Shown: positions 9,124 to 18,621, counted from the stretch's first letter. The stretch: 48,820 nucleotides of DNA from an uncultured Eubacteriales bacterium (GCA_900542245.1 UQMQ01000001.1:1-48820), one strand, 5' to 3'. The notes: generated by a model not told the origin, from the letters alone. Made by a program: numbers and translations.

Positions 9124-10563
9124 CTATCTTCTATTGACACCACTTTCGTTATAAAAACGTTCCTTACTCTCATACATTCTCTCATCTGCAGCTTTGGAGA
9201 TTTCGTATATGCTGTCCCAATTTCCCTCTGTACTGAAAACCCATCCATATGAAACAGTCATTGAATCCACAAACTCACCGTGCCAATTAGTTATGTTGGA
9301 TTTAAATCTATGTATCATATTTTCAAACTCGTTTATATCCTCTGTAATGATAACAGCAAACTCATCTCCACCGATCCTATAAACCTTTCCATATTCATTA
9401 AAACTATGTTTCATACAATCAGCCGCTGCACGTATAAGCTCATCACCTGCCACATGACCATAGGTATCATTTACTCGCTTCAGCCCATTTAAATCTATAG
9501 AAATGTACACCCACTCATCACAAATCTTAAGCTTGTTTATATCATTCTCATATGCATGTCTATTAAGACATCTGGTAAGCTCATCTGTATTTGATGTGTA
9601 TATCAGCTTTTCTTTTTCCAATTTTTCTTTTGCAATTTTGGAAAATGTATATGTTATACAACACGATGCTAATACCATATAGGCACCAACTATACAAATA
9701 GCAATAATACTGCCTTGCAAATAAAATGAATCCTCCACCGTTACAGCAACAATATATTTATCATCCTGACGAATTATACATCTGCAATGGCTTCCATCCA
9801 CTTTGATATGTATTACAGTTACATCATCACTACTGACACGATCCGATGGTATTCCTATTTCCTCAAGTTTTTTTCCTATTTCACTCCTGTCTGTAGCACC
9901 CTCGATAGTCTGTGTATCTACATCTGCCGCAACAATTCCCATCCCTTTATATACCGGCATTCCCGATACTACATTAGAAATGGTATTCTGCTCTATCTCA
10001 TCGAGAAGTCTTTTGGGCTCAATGCCCACCTGAATCATCTTCGTTCCATCCTCATTCCAAGTGATCGCATACATCATTTCCTTTGCTTCCGAAGTATTAG
10101 GGGTAACATCCTGACACATTGTCAATGATTTGTTCTCAAGCATTGGCTTAAAATATCCCATCTGCTCGCCAGAATAAAAATTATAACCAAAATACTTTGG
10201 CACCGAACCACTATAAATATACCCGTGCTCATCAAACAAATGTATTTCATCAATCGCCATTAATTTCGCTATTTTCTGCAATTCATCAACATCACATTCT
10301 ATCTCAGGATTGGCATCAATAATATACGACACTGCTTTAGCCCTTATAATATAATCATCCTTTAACGATTTAATAAGTTCGTTCTTGCTCTTATCATTTT
10401 TATTAAGCACAGTAATCACACGATCAACAAGTACTTTCGATGTTCCATATGCATTTCTGTCATTGACATATTTCAGAATACTCGCTTCAAGCAGTAATGC
10501 AATAACAATTATTACAACAGATAAAGTTACAATTTTCCTCTTCTTCATATCATTTTTTCTCAC
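9124..10563 (-). CDS. Membrane diguanylate cyclase with extracellular sensor domain (start may be ATG 10548)
   Basis: Two TMs flanking a sensor region; TDELTRCLNR, DLNGLKRVNDTYGHVAGD and RIGGDEF motifs. Confidence 0.92.
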   Translation of the reverse strand: MRKNDMKKRKIVTLSVVIIVIALLLEASILKYVNDRNAYGTSKVLVDRVITVLNKNDKSKNELIKSLKDDYIIRAKAVSYIIDANPEIECDVDELQKIAKLMAIDEIHLFDEHGYIYSGSVPKYFGYNFYSGEQMGYFKPMLENKSLTMCQDVTPNTSEAKEMMYAITWNEDGTKMIQVGIEPKRLLDEIEQNTISNVVSGMPVYKGMGIVAADVDTQTIEGATDRSEIGKKLEEIGIPSDRVSSDDVTVIHIKVDGSHCRCIIRQDDKYIVAVTVEDSFYLQGSIIAICIVGAYMVLASCCITYTFSKIAKEKLEKEKLIYTSNTDELTRCLNRHAYENDINKLKICDEWVYISIDLNGLKRVNDTYGHVAGDELIRAAADCMKHSFNEYGKVYRIGGDEFAVIITEDINEFENMIHRFKSNITNWHGEFVDSMTVSYGWVFSTEGNWDSIYEISKAADERMYESKERFYNESGVNRR

Positions 10564-11097
10564 AATATCGGCATTGTTTTATGCGAATACTTTCAATTAT
10601 TTCATTTTTCAAAAAACGGTTCATTTACTATTAATTAAACTATACCACATTGTTAATCTATTTTCTATACACCTTTACTAGTGTGCCGACAAGTTGATTT
10701 CTAACGCAAAGTGCATTTCCATAAATTATCCAAATTCATTTACCAAAAAGGAAAGCGATAATTGCAGAATACAATGCACAGGAAACTCCGATCACTGTAA
10801 CATGTGATCCAACTCGTTATCCATATTCCTATGTGGAAGACGGGAATATATCAGAGAAATTCCTTGTTTGCAATGTGCTTTCGCAAGATTATGCGATTAC
10901 ACGCCAAAAACAGGAAAATGGCAGGGGCTACCGTTTGTTTCACCGATAATTCTAAGGCAATTCTTTGTCAAGTACAATCATTGTTCTCAAGTGGGATTTC
11001 CGTATACAAACCATCGGTATATAGAAATAGCAGCATCCATCAGGGTCTATATAACTTGTTCTCGTGTTTAAGCAAAAAATGAACGATAGGTATTTAT

Positions 11098-11262
11098 TTG
11101 TGTTCCGGCGTTGCCATTGGAAGCGCTGTGGCTCACGCTAAGTTCGGCATCGGCAAGGTGATCGAGCTGAGCAGGAGATATGTGACCGTCCGCTTTGAAC
11201 AGGGCGAGAAGCGCTTTATTTTTCCCGATGCGTTTGAATCCGGATTTTTGAAAACGCAATAA
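11098..11262 (+). pseudogene. Gene remnant encoding a C-terminal Tudor/SH3-like (PcrA-CTD-like) domain
   Basis: Translates to LCSGVAIGSAVAHAKFGIGKVIELSRRYVTVRFEQGEKRFIFPDAFESGFLKTQ*; no convincing RBS or start. Confidence 0.6.
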
Positions 11263-11273
11263 GCAAAAAGAGA

Positions 11274-11308
11274 CCCTTCGTATCATTTTCTTGACTTGAT
11301 ACGGAGGG
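11274..11308. terminator. Stem-loop, probable terminator
   Basis: CCCTTCGTATCA...TGATACGGAGGG inverted repeat just after the remnant stop; A-run on its left. Confidence 0.5.
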
Positions 11309-11445
11309 CCTTGCCTTATGTATAGATCACTTGGTGATAGACAGTTTCGGATGCACGGTCTCGGCAGGAATTCATCCGCCCGACCCATTCCTTTCTGCAA
11401 CCATTGTAGCAGGAGAATTAGCGTAAATCGAATGTGCGGATAGTA

Positions 11446-11488
11446 GAAAAAGCGCCGCCTCGGGACCACTCCCAAGACGGCGCTTTTC
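11446..11488 (-). terminator. Intrinsic terminator downstream of tRNA-Ala
   Basis: Minus strand GCGCCGTCTTGGGA-GTGG-TCCCGAGGCGGCGC-TTTTT, fully paired including G-U pairs. Confidence 0.8.
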
Positions 11489-11560
11489 TGTTGTGGATCA
11501 GAGCGAACACTTTACGGCGAAACCGCCGCTAAAGAAGTAGGTGTTCGTCTGAGTACCGTT

Positions 11561-11636
11561 TGGTGGAGCATAGGGGGATCGAACCCCTGACCTCTTGACT
11601 GCCAGTCAAACGCGCTCCCAGCTGCGCTAATGCCCC
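11561..11636 (-). tRNA. tRNA-Ala(GGC)
   Basis: 76-nt cloverleaf GGGGCAT...ATGCTCCACCA; G3:U70 pair; anticodon loop CTGGCAG; TTCGA T-loop; encoded CCA. Confidence 0.97.
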
Positions 11637-11647
11637 GTACTTGCTTT

Positions 11648-11676
11648 ATAGTAACACACTTTGATGCAAAACACAA
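11648..11676 (-). promoter_or_regulatory. SigA-like promoter of tRNA-Ala
   Basis: TTGTGT-N17-TACTAT with an extended TG. Confidence 0.55.
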
Positions 11677-11846
11677 GCATAAATTATAGTCCTGATATAA
11701 AATGTACACAGAAGGCGGTCCTGTGGGAACCGTCCGGTTCATCATATTGCAGCACTTTTGCTTATTGGACACAGCGGCTGTGTGTTACCGCTTACGGTTT
11801 CTCGATTTCCTCTTCAAATAAGCCAAAATAAATATATGAAAAAAAC

Positions 11847-11875
11847 TTGAAAAAGCGTAAGACATGTCGTATAAT
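11847..11875 (+). promoter_or_regulatory. SigA promoter of yebC
   Basis: TTGAAA-N17-TATAAT with an A-rich upstream tract. Confidence 0.75.
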
Positions 11876-11941
11876 TATTTCTGCTAAATATATAATGAAA
11901 AATCAAAAATCAAAAAATCAAATCAGTTAGGAGGTGTCTCC

Positions 11942-12670
11942 ATGGGAAGACACGGTACGATCGCAGGCAGAAAGGCCGCACAGGACTCGAAGAGAGCCGC
12001 AATGTTCACAAAATATGCAAGAGCTATCACAGTTGCAGCGAAAGCTGGCGGAGACCCTGAATACAATGCGACCCTCAGACTGGCAATCGAAAAAGCGAAA
12101 GCGATTTCCATGCCGAACGACAACATTACGAGAGCGATCAAAAAAGGAACCGGAGAATTAGCCGGTGAGACATACGAAGAATTAAGCTTTGAAGGATATG
12201 GCGTAGGCGGCGTTGCTGTCATTGTAGAGGCATTGACCGACAATACAAACAGAACGACTTCGTCCGTCAGATCTACCTTTGACAAATACGGCGGCAACCT
12301 GGGCACACCGGGCTGTGTATCCTACATGTTCTCCCGTAAGGGCATCATCATCATCGAAAAGACCGATGCGGTCGATGAAGATGCGCTGTTGGAAACTGCG
12401 TTGGAAGCGGGTGCTGATGATATGGTCGTGCAGGAGGACAGCTTCGAGATCGTTACCGATCCGGCGGCCTATACGGACGTACATCATGCACTGGCAGATG
12501 CTGGATATGAGATCGTGGAATCCGATGTCGAATATGTTCCGTCGATGGAGGCTGCGCCGAAGGACGAGCATGATATCGCCAAGCTGGCGAAGATGATCGA
12601 ACTGCTGGAGGATAACGACGACGTGCAGAAAGTATATACAAATTGTTCCATCGACCTTTTCGAGGAATAA
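11942..12670 (+). CDS. yebC: YebC/PmpR family protein
   Basis: GGDPEYNATLR, MPNDNI, EGYGVGGVA, TDNTNRT and LEDNDDVQKVY motifs; AGGAGG RBS. Confidence 0.95.
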   Translation: MGRHGTIAGRKAAQDSKRAAMFTKYARAITVAAKAGGDPEYNATLRLAIEKAKAISMPNDNITRAIKKGTGELAGETYEELSFEGYGVGGVAVIVEALTDNTNRTTSSVRSTFDKYGGNLGTPGCVSYMFSRKGIIIIEKTDAVDEDALLETALEAGADDMVVQEDSFEIVTDPAAYTDVHHALADAGYEIVESDVEYVPSMEAAPKDEHDIAKLAKMIELLEDNDDVQKVYTNCSIDLFEE

Positions 12671-12700
12671 CAGACAAAATTGCGATTATACTATAACAAT

Positions 12701-12879
12701 GAATCCTGGGTTATGCGTTGAGGACATATAATTGAACCTACACTTGAATTTCGGGAGTCCGGGTTTCGCCCGGCGTTATGTCAGGCCGCCTTGTGAGCGG
12801 AAGACAGAGGCAGGCAACAGGACACCCACCTATCGTAAGATAGGGCGTCAATTATATCCTTGACGGTAATTTGGGATTT
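12701..12879 (+). ncRNA. ssrS: 6S RNA
   Basis: ~180-nt rod with paired ends (AATCCTGGGTTA/TAATTTGGGATT; GAGGACATATAATTGA/TCAATTATATCCTT) and Firmicute 6S motifs TTGAACC, CGGGAG and GGACACCCACCT. Confidence 0.85.
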
Positions 12880-12987
12880 TTGTTTATCCTGCGGGACGTC
12901 TCACGACGAGCGCCCCGCATCACGCAGAATAGCAGAGGATTTGAGTTTTCAAATCCTCTTTGTAAATAGAGATAAAGAGGTTCGTAC

Positions 12988-15645
12988 ATGAGTGAGAGAA
13001 TCGTCATCATCGACGGAAACAGTCTGATCAACAGGGCATATTACGCGATGCAAAAACCTATGATTACCAAGGATGGGATCTATACACAAGGAATCTTTGG
13101 ATTTGTGAATATGCTGAATAAAATTATCGGAGATTATGAGCCAATGTATCTGACGGTGGCATTCGACTTGAAAGCACCGACCTTCCGCCATCTGGAGTAT
13201 GACGCATACAAAGCCGGACGCAAACCGATGCCGCCGGAGCTGGTCATGCAGATGCCGCTGCTCAAGGAAGTACTGCACGCGATGCGTATCCGGACGCTGG
13301 AGCTGGAAGGCTTTGAGGCAGACGACATCATCGGCACAGCCGCACGTCTTGCGGAGGAGGTGGACATCGAGCCGCTCATCATCACCGGAGACAAGGACGC
13401 GCTGCAGCTCGCGACCGATAAGACGAAAATCCTCATCACGAAAAAAGGCATCTCTGAATTTGAATTATTTGATTACGATAAAATGGTCGAGCATTACGGA
13501 CTGACACCGACGCAGTTCATCGACCTCAAGGGATTGATGGGAGACAGCTCCGACAATATCCCGGGGATCCCGGGTGTCGGTGAAAAGACGGGGATCGCGC
13601 TGCTCACGCAGTTTCATTCGATAGAAAATCTGCTGGCGCATACCGACGAGATTACGAAGCCTGCACTGCGCAAAAAAGTCGAAGAGAACGCACAGCTTGC
13701 TGTGATGAGCAAGCGACTGGCCACGATCAACCGTTTCGTGCCGATGGAGATGGACTTCGATGAGATGCGCATGCAGGAGCCGGACTACGATGCGCTGATC
13801 GCATTGTACCAAAAATTGGAATTCAACAGCTTCCTCAAGCGGCTGTCTAAAAAAGAAATCCCGCAGGAGACCTTCGACTTTGTTCCGCGCGAAGTCAAAC
13901 AGGTGCGCATTGCAGACAGTGCAGCACTTACTGCACTGGACGCCTTGCAGCAAAAAGAAGTGTTCTTCCAGGTGTTCGGCGACGGCAGCCATGTGCACAA
14001 GCCACAGGTGGAGGGCATCTTCCTGCACTGCGGAGACTGCGCATATTATCTGGACAGCTATGCAGTGCCGCTCGAGACCTTGGTGGAGAAGCTGAATACG
14101 CTGCAGCTGCACCTTTGGGGGCACGACATCAAGGAAAGCCTCTACAGCCTGATGGTTTACGGATATCAGCAGTTTACGGTCGTTTTCGATACGGCGATCG
14201 CGGCTTACGTGCTGGACGTTTCCAAAAACCAGTATGATCTGAAAAGTCTGGCGTTTGAACAGCTGCATCTCGCGGTAAAAAGTCCGGAGGAATATTTCGG
14301 TGAAAGCAGGCAGATGGATATGTTCGCGGCTGTCGATACACAGAATATCGAATACGGCATCGTGACCGCAGACGTTGCGGCAAAGCTGCGCGCACATCAA
14401 GAAGCCAAACTGCAGGAAAATGCGTTGGAGAAAGTCTTTTACGATGCGGAACTGCCGCTGATCGAAGTTCTGGCAGCGATGGAGGCGGAGGGTATCCGTA
14501 CAGACAGCACATTTTTAGACAAGATCGGGCAGGAGCTGCAGGCGCAGACAGAGCTTCTGGAAGAACAGATCTACGCTTATGCGGGCTGCCGCTTCAATAT
14601 CAAATCGCCGTTTCAGCTCGGCGACATTCTCTTTGAAACGCTGCAGCTGCCGGCTGGCAAGAAGACCAAGCGCGGCTACAGCACCAGCGCCGATATTCTC
14701 GAAAAGATCAGGGACAAGCATCCGATCGTCGATGCGGTACTCCAGTATCGCAATCTGACGAAGCTCAATTCTACTTATGTGGAGGGCATGAAACCGCTGA
14801 TCGGCGAGGACGGCAAGATCCGCGCACATTTCCAGCAGACGGTGACCGCAACAGGCAGGATCAGCTGCACTGAGCCAAATCTGCAGAACATTCCGATCCG
14901 GCAGGAGACCGGACGCAGTCTGCGCAAGGCGTTCAGTGCTTCGGACGCAGCGCATATTCTGGTCGGCGCGGACTATTCCCAGATCGAGCTGCGCATTTTG
15001 GCGCATTTGTCGCAGGATCCGGGGCTTCTGGAAGCGTTCCGGCTGGGTGAGGATATCCACAAGATGACCGCAGCCAAGGTGCTGGGCGTACCGATGGACG
15101 AGGTCACGCCGGGTGACCGCAGCAAAGCGAAAGCGGTCAATTTCGGTGTCATTTACGGCATGAGCGGCTTCGGTCTCAGCGAAAATCTGCATATTACGCG
15201 CAAAGAGGCGGAGTCCTATATCGAAGAATATTTCAAAAAACATCAAAAAGTCAAGGCGTATATGGACGGTGAGATCGCACACTGCAGAGAAACCGGCTAT
15301 GCAGAAACGATGCTCGGACGCAAGCGTGCCATCCATGAGATCAACGCATCTGCCTATATGGTCAGACAAGCAGGGGAACGTCTGGCGATGAACACGCCGA
15401 TCCAGGGCACTGCCGCGGACATCATCAAAATCGCGATGGTCAAGGTCTATCGCGAGCTCAAAGCAAAGCATCCGGATTCCAGTCTGATTTTGCAGGTGCA
15501 CGATGAATTGATCATCAATGCAGCCAAGACAGAGCTTGCCGAGATCAAAGAGCTGCTGGTCAGAAACATGGAATCGGCGGTGCAGCTCTCGGTCAAGCTG
15601 GTCAGTGAGCTGGGCGAAGGGGAAAGCTGGTACGACTTGAAATAG
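12988..15645 (+). CDS. polA: DNA polymerase I
   Basis: 5'-3' exonuclease (IDGNSL, EADDIIGT, GDSSDNIPG) and Pol A motifs (ADYSQIELR, AKAVNFGVIYG, QVHDE). Confidence 0.98.
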   Translation: MSERIVIIDGNSLINRAYYAMQKPMITKDGIYTQGIFGFVNMLNKIIGDYEPMYLTVAFDLKAPTFRHLEYDAYKAGRKPMPPELVMQMPLLKEVLHAMRIRTLELEGFEADDIIGTAARLAEEVDIEPLIITGDKDALQLATDKTKILITKKGISEFELFDYDKMVEHYGLTPTQFIDLKGLMGDSSDNIPGIPGVGEKTGIALLTQFHSIENLLAHTDEITKPALRKKVEENAQLAVMSKRLATINRFVPMEMDFDEMRMQEPDYDALIALYQKLEFNSFLKRLSKKEIPQETFDFVPREVKQVRIADSAALTALDALQQKEVFFQVFGDGSHVHKPQVEGIFLHCGDCAYYLDSYAVPLETLVEKLNTLQLHLWGHDIKESLYSLMVYGYQQFTVVFDTAIAAYVLDVSKNQYDLKSLAFEQLHLAVKSPEEYFGESRQMDMFAAVDTQNIEYGIVTADVAAKLRAHQEAKLQENALEKVFYDAELPLIEVLAAMEAEGIRTDSTFLDKIGQELQAQTELLEEQIYAYAGCRFNIKSPFQLGDILFETLQLPAGKKTKRGYSTSADILEKIRDKHPIVDAVLQYRNLTKLNSTYVEGMKPLIGEDGKIRAHFQQTVTATGRISCTEPNLQNIPIRQETGRSLRKAFSASDAAHILVGADYSQIELRILAHLSQDPGLLEAFRLGEDIHKMTAAKVLGVPMDEVTPGDRSKAKAVNFGVIYGMSGFGLSENLHITRKEAESYIEEYFKKHQKVKAYMDGEIAHCRETGYAETMLGRKRAIHEINASAYMVRQAGERLAMNTPIQGTAADIIKIAMVKVYRELKAKHPDSSLILQVHDELIINAAKTELAEIKELLVRNMESAVQLSVKLVSELGEGESWYDLK

Positions 15646-15660
15646 GAGATACAAAAACAC

Positions 15661-16260
15661 ATGAAAATTATCGGTTTGACGGGCGGTATCGGCACCGGAA
15701 AGTCTACGGTTTCCGCTTATCTTGCACAAAAAGGCTGCAGGCTCATCGACGCGGACAAGATCTCGCATCAGATGACAGAACCGGGCAGTCCATGCCTTTT
15801 GGAAATCCGGGAAGCCTTCGGCGCGGAGTTTTTCCTTGGTGACGGCAGTCTGGACAGGAAGAAGCTGGGGCGTCTTGTGTTCGCGGACGCAGAGAAAAAG
15901 GCACAGCTGGAGGAAATCATTACCCGCAGAGTCATCGAAAAGACACTGCAGTTGGTGCAGATGTACCGGCAGCAGCAGGAAAAGCTGGTCGTTATCGACG
16001 CACCGCTGCTGTTTGAATGTGGGATGCAGCGTTATACCGATGAGACCTGGCTGGTCGTATGCCGTTCCGAAAAACGCATCGCGCGCATCGTCGCGAGAGA
16101 CGGGCTGACACCGGAGGAAATCGAGGCGCGGATCGCAAACCAGATGCCGGAGGCGCAGAAGGAAACGCTTGCGGATCACGTGATCGACAATTCCGGGGAG
16201 CTGCCGGGGCTGTATGCGCAGATCGACGCGCTGCTTGCGGCGCTGGACATAGAGGGATAG
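15661..16260 (+). CDS. coaE: Dephospho-CoA kinase
   Basis: IGLTGGIGTGKST, IDAD and DAPLLFE motifs; follows polA. Confidence 0.97.
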   Translation: MKIIGLTGGIGTGKSTVSAYLAQKGCRLIDADKISHQMTEPGSPCLLEIREAFGAEFFLGDGSLDRKKLGRLVFADAEKKAQLEEIITRRVIEKTLQLVQMYRQQQEKLVVIDAPLLFECGMQRYTDETWLVVCRSEKRIARIVARDGLTPEEIEARIANQMPEAQKETLADHVIDNSGELPGLYAQIDALLAALDIEG

Positions 16261-16279
16261 AACTTGAGGGAGAAAACGG

Positions 16280-17944
16280 ATGAAAGACAATCGGCTGCTG
16301 CAATTTTTAAAAAAATACTGGGTGATAGGGGTTTTTGCCTTGACGGCTCTGGGCGCGGTGTTTTCCAGTGTGGAGATCTACAAGGAAGAGGTGCTCAATA
16401 TCGACCCGGATATTAAATACGAGGCGCAGGATACCTTGTATTTCGCGGCAGAGCGGATCGATACGCTCAACCCGCTGATTTCGCAGAGTGAGGACGTATA
16501 CTATCTTTCCAAGCTGCTCTACAGCAGTCTCTTTGCGTATGACGAAAATCTCAGCGCCGTACCGGAGCTTGTGCGCAGCTATACGGTCAACACAGAACGC
16601 GCTTATATCGATCTGAAGCTCAAAAAGAAGGTCAATTGGCATAATGGAAAGCGTCTGCGTGCGGAAGATGTTCGCTTTACGGTCAGCGCGATCAAGGCGG
16701 TCGGCAGTACTTCACCGTACTACGAGAAGGTGTCCAAGATCATATCGGTCAATGTGACGGATACCTATGCTTGCAGGATCTATTTCAATAATAACTACAA
16801 CTGTTCCCTGGATGATCTGATCTTTCCGATCGTACCGAGCACGCAATACGCGAGTGCGCTGCAGTTCGCGCGTGCAAAAGACGATTTCAAGCCGATCGGC
16901 ACCGGCGTATATCAGTATAAGTCCTACAATTATCTCAAATACCTGCGCATGGTACCGAATGAAGACTATTTCGGCACGCAGGCGGAGAACAAAATTTACG
17001 TGACAATCGTACCGGACCGCGATCTGGCGGAAAGTCTGATGGAAATCGAAATGGTGACATGTTATCTGGATAATTCTTCCGGACGCAAGTCTGTTGTGTC
17101 GGATAAGCAATATCAGATGTACAATATCGTTTCCAATCAGCTGGAAATGTTAGTATACAACACGAAAACAGGGATTTGCAAAGATCTTAAGACCAGACAG
17201 GCGATCTCTGCGGGCATTAATCGGGAAAAGATCCTCGCCAATGCCTATATGGGCGACGGCGTTCTGACCGATTCGATCTACTATCCGAATTATCTGGGCG
17301 TACAGGACGAGGCTACCTCTGCTGTCTACGATTATCAAAAAGCAGTGGAGCTTTTGGAAGCTGCGGGCTTCTCGTATGACGATCATGACGGAGAGCTTGA
17401 AAAAACAGGCGTTGCGGACATGACAGTCACGATCCTTGTCAACAAAAAGAACGCAACGCGTACGGCAGCAGCACGTTTGATCGCGGCGAATCTGGAAAGT
17501 CTGGGATTCAAAACAAATGTGCAGGCGCTGACGGCAAAAGCATATCAGGCAGCGATGAAAAAGGGGGCGTTTGATCTTCTTCTGGTCGGCTACAGCATCG
17601 AAGAAAACTATGATCTGCGGGCATTCTTCAACGGCAAAAACCCATGGAAGTATACGAATTTCTCTCTGCTGACGCAGGTGAACGAGCTGGAACGCATGCA
17701 CACCAACGAGGAATATCAGGAGATCTACCGCGGTATCAAGCAGCAGCTCGCAGAGGCGCTTCCTTATGAACCGCTTTGCTATAAATATGTGGGTTTGGTC
17801 GGCGTTCCGTATTTTGAGGCGGAGCAGCTGCCGCTGTTCCATGATATTTACAAAAACTGTCAAACTTGGCGTTGGAGTAAGGTGATCGAACCGGAGAAAG
17901 AGACAGAAACCGGACAAAATGACAACAAAAATCAAAATAATTAA
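16280..17944 (+). CDS. Family-5 (peptide/nickel-type) ABC substrate-binding protein, orphan
   Basis: TLNPL, LYSSLF, VPEL, WHNGK.LRAEDV.FT, PIGTG.Y and RQAIS.GINRE motifs; N-terminal TM. Confidence 0.85.
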   Translation: MKDNRLLQFLKKYWVIGVFALTALGAVFSSVEIYKEEVLNIDPDIKYEAQDTLYFAAERIDTLNPLISQSEDVYYLSKLLYSSLFAYDENLSAVPELVRSYTVNTERAYIDLKLKKKVNWHNGKRLRAEDVRFTVSAIKAVGSTSPYYEKVSKIISVNVTDTYACRIYFNNNYNCSLDDLIFPIVPSTQYASALQFARAKDDFKPIGTGVYQYKSYNYLKYLRMVPNEDYFGTQAENKIYVTIVPDRDLAESLMEIEMVTCYLDNSSGRKSVVSDKQYQMYNIVSNQLEMLVYNTKTGICKDLKTRQAISAGINREKILANAYMGDGVLTDSIYYPNYLGVQDEATSAVYDYQKAVELLEAAGFSYDDHDGELEKTGVADMTVTILVNKKNATRTAAARLIAANLESLGFKTNVQALTAKAYQAAMKKGAFDLLLVGYSIEENYDLRAFFNGKNPWKYTNFSLLTQVNELERMHTNEEYQEIYRGIKQQLAEALPYEPLCYKYVGLVGVPYFEAEQLPLFHDIYKNCQTWRWSKVIEPEKETETGQNDNKNQNN

Positions 17945-17953
17945 AAAAAGTGT

Positions 17954-17982
17954 TTGTATTTTCGAAAGTTTTATGCTATGAT
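17954..17982 (+). promoter_or_regulatory. SigA promoter of tRNA-Leu/yajC
   Basis: TTGTAT-N17-TATGAT with an extended TG. Confidence 0.65.
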
Positions 17983-18016
17983 TGTTCTGTTACCTCAAGA
18001 GTGGTAACAGAAGCAT

Positions 18017-18103
18017 GCCGGCGTGATGGAATTGGCAGACGTGCAGGACTCAAAATCCTGTGGTGGCAACACCGTATGGGTTCGACCCCCATCGCCGGCA
18101 CCA
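18017..18103 (+). tRNA. tRNA-Leu(CAA)
   Basis: 87 nt; GCCGGCG...CGCCGGCACCA; anticodon arm CAGGA-CTCAAAA-TCCTG; long variable arm. Confidence 0.97.
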
Positions 18104-18148
18104 TTTTTATGGAAACGAAAGCATAGTATATGAGAGGAGCGTTAAAGC

Positions 18149-18586
18149 ATGCCAGCAGGATTAGCAAATTTAATTCCTTTGGTTCTTTTGATCGTCGTAA
18201 TGTATTTTTTGATGATCAGACCGCAAAAGAAAAAAGATAAGCAGATTCAGGATATGAGAAAAGCCTTGACTGTAGGAGACGAGATCGTCACCATCGGCGG
18301 TATCTGCGGTAAAATCGTAAAGACAAAAGAAGATTCTTTCATCATTCAAGTCGGTGCTGACAAAGTGAAATTTGAAATGATGAGATGGGCTGTTTCATCC
18401 GTAACCAAACCGTCTGCAAGACGTGAAGACAGAGAGACTGTTGTGGAGGATGAAGCACCGAAGAAGGCTATGCCGAAGAAGCTCAGAAAGTCTTCCGATG
18501 TAGAAGAGACTGCAAAAGAAGATGCTCCGGTTGCTGTTACAGAAGTCGAAAAAGCTGCGGCAGAAGAAGCTGCGAGTGAAGAATAG
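18149..18586 (+). CDS. yajC: Preprotein translocase subunit YajC with acidic C-terminal tail
   Basis: TM followed by YFLMIRPQKK and GDEIVTIGGICG; upstream of secDF. Confidence 0.95.
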   Translation: MPAGLANLIPLVLLIVVMYFLMIRPQKKKDKQIQDMRKALTVGDEIVTIGGICGKIVKTKEDSFIIQVGADKVKFEMMRWAVSSVTKPSARREDRETVVEDEAPKKAMPKKLRKSSDVEETAKEDAPVAVTEVEKAAAEEAASEE

Positions 18587-18621
18587 CGGACTGCAGCAGC
18601 CATCATATCACAGCATACAAG

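Larger units (their letters stand above)
1..11560. mobile_element. Right-hand portion of a probable tRNA-Ala-integrated genomic island
   Basis: AT-richer than the core by eye, accessory cargo, gene remnants, and it abuts the tRNA 3' end. No integrase is in the window. Confidence 0.6.

Noticed and set aside
10678..10870. CTAGTGTGCCGACAAG possible element end, and a minus-strand hydrophobic peptide fragment
   Set aside because: Single copy; the fragment is interrupted by stops and cannot be assigned.
11080..11082. In-frame TGA as possible selenocysteine readthrough
   Set aside because: No redox motif or evident SECIS, and the upstream ORF looks spurious.
11898..11924. AAAATC-like short tandem repeats before yebC
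   Set aside because: Low-complexity A-rich leader; irregular units.
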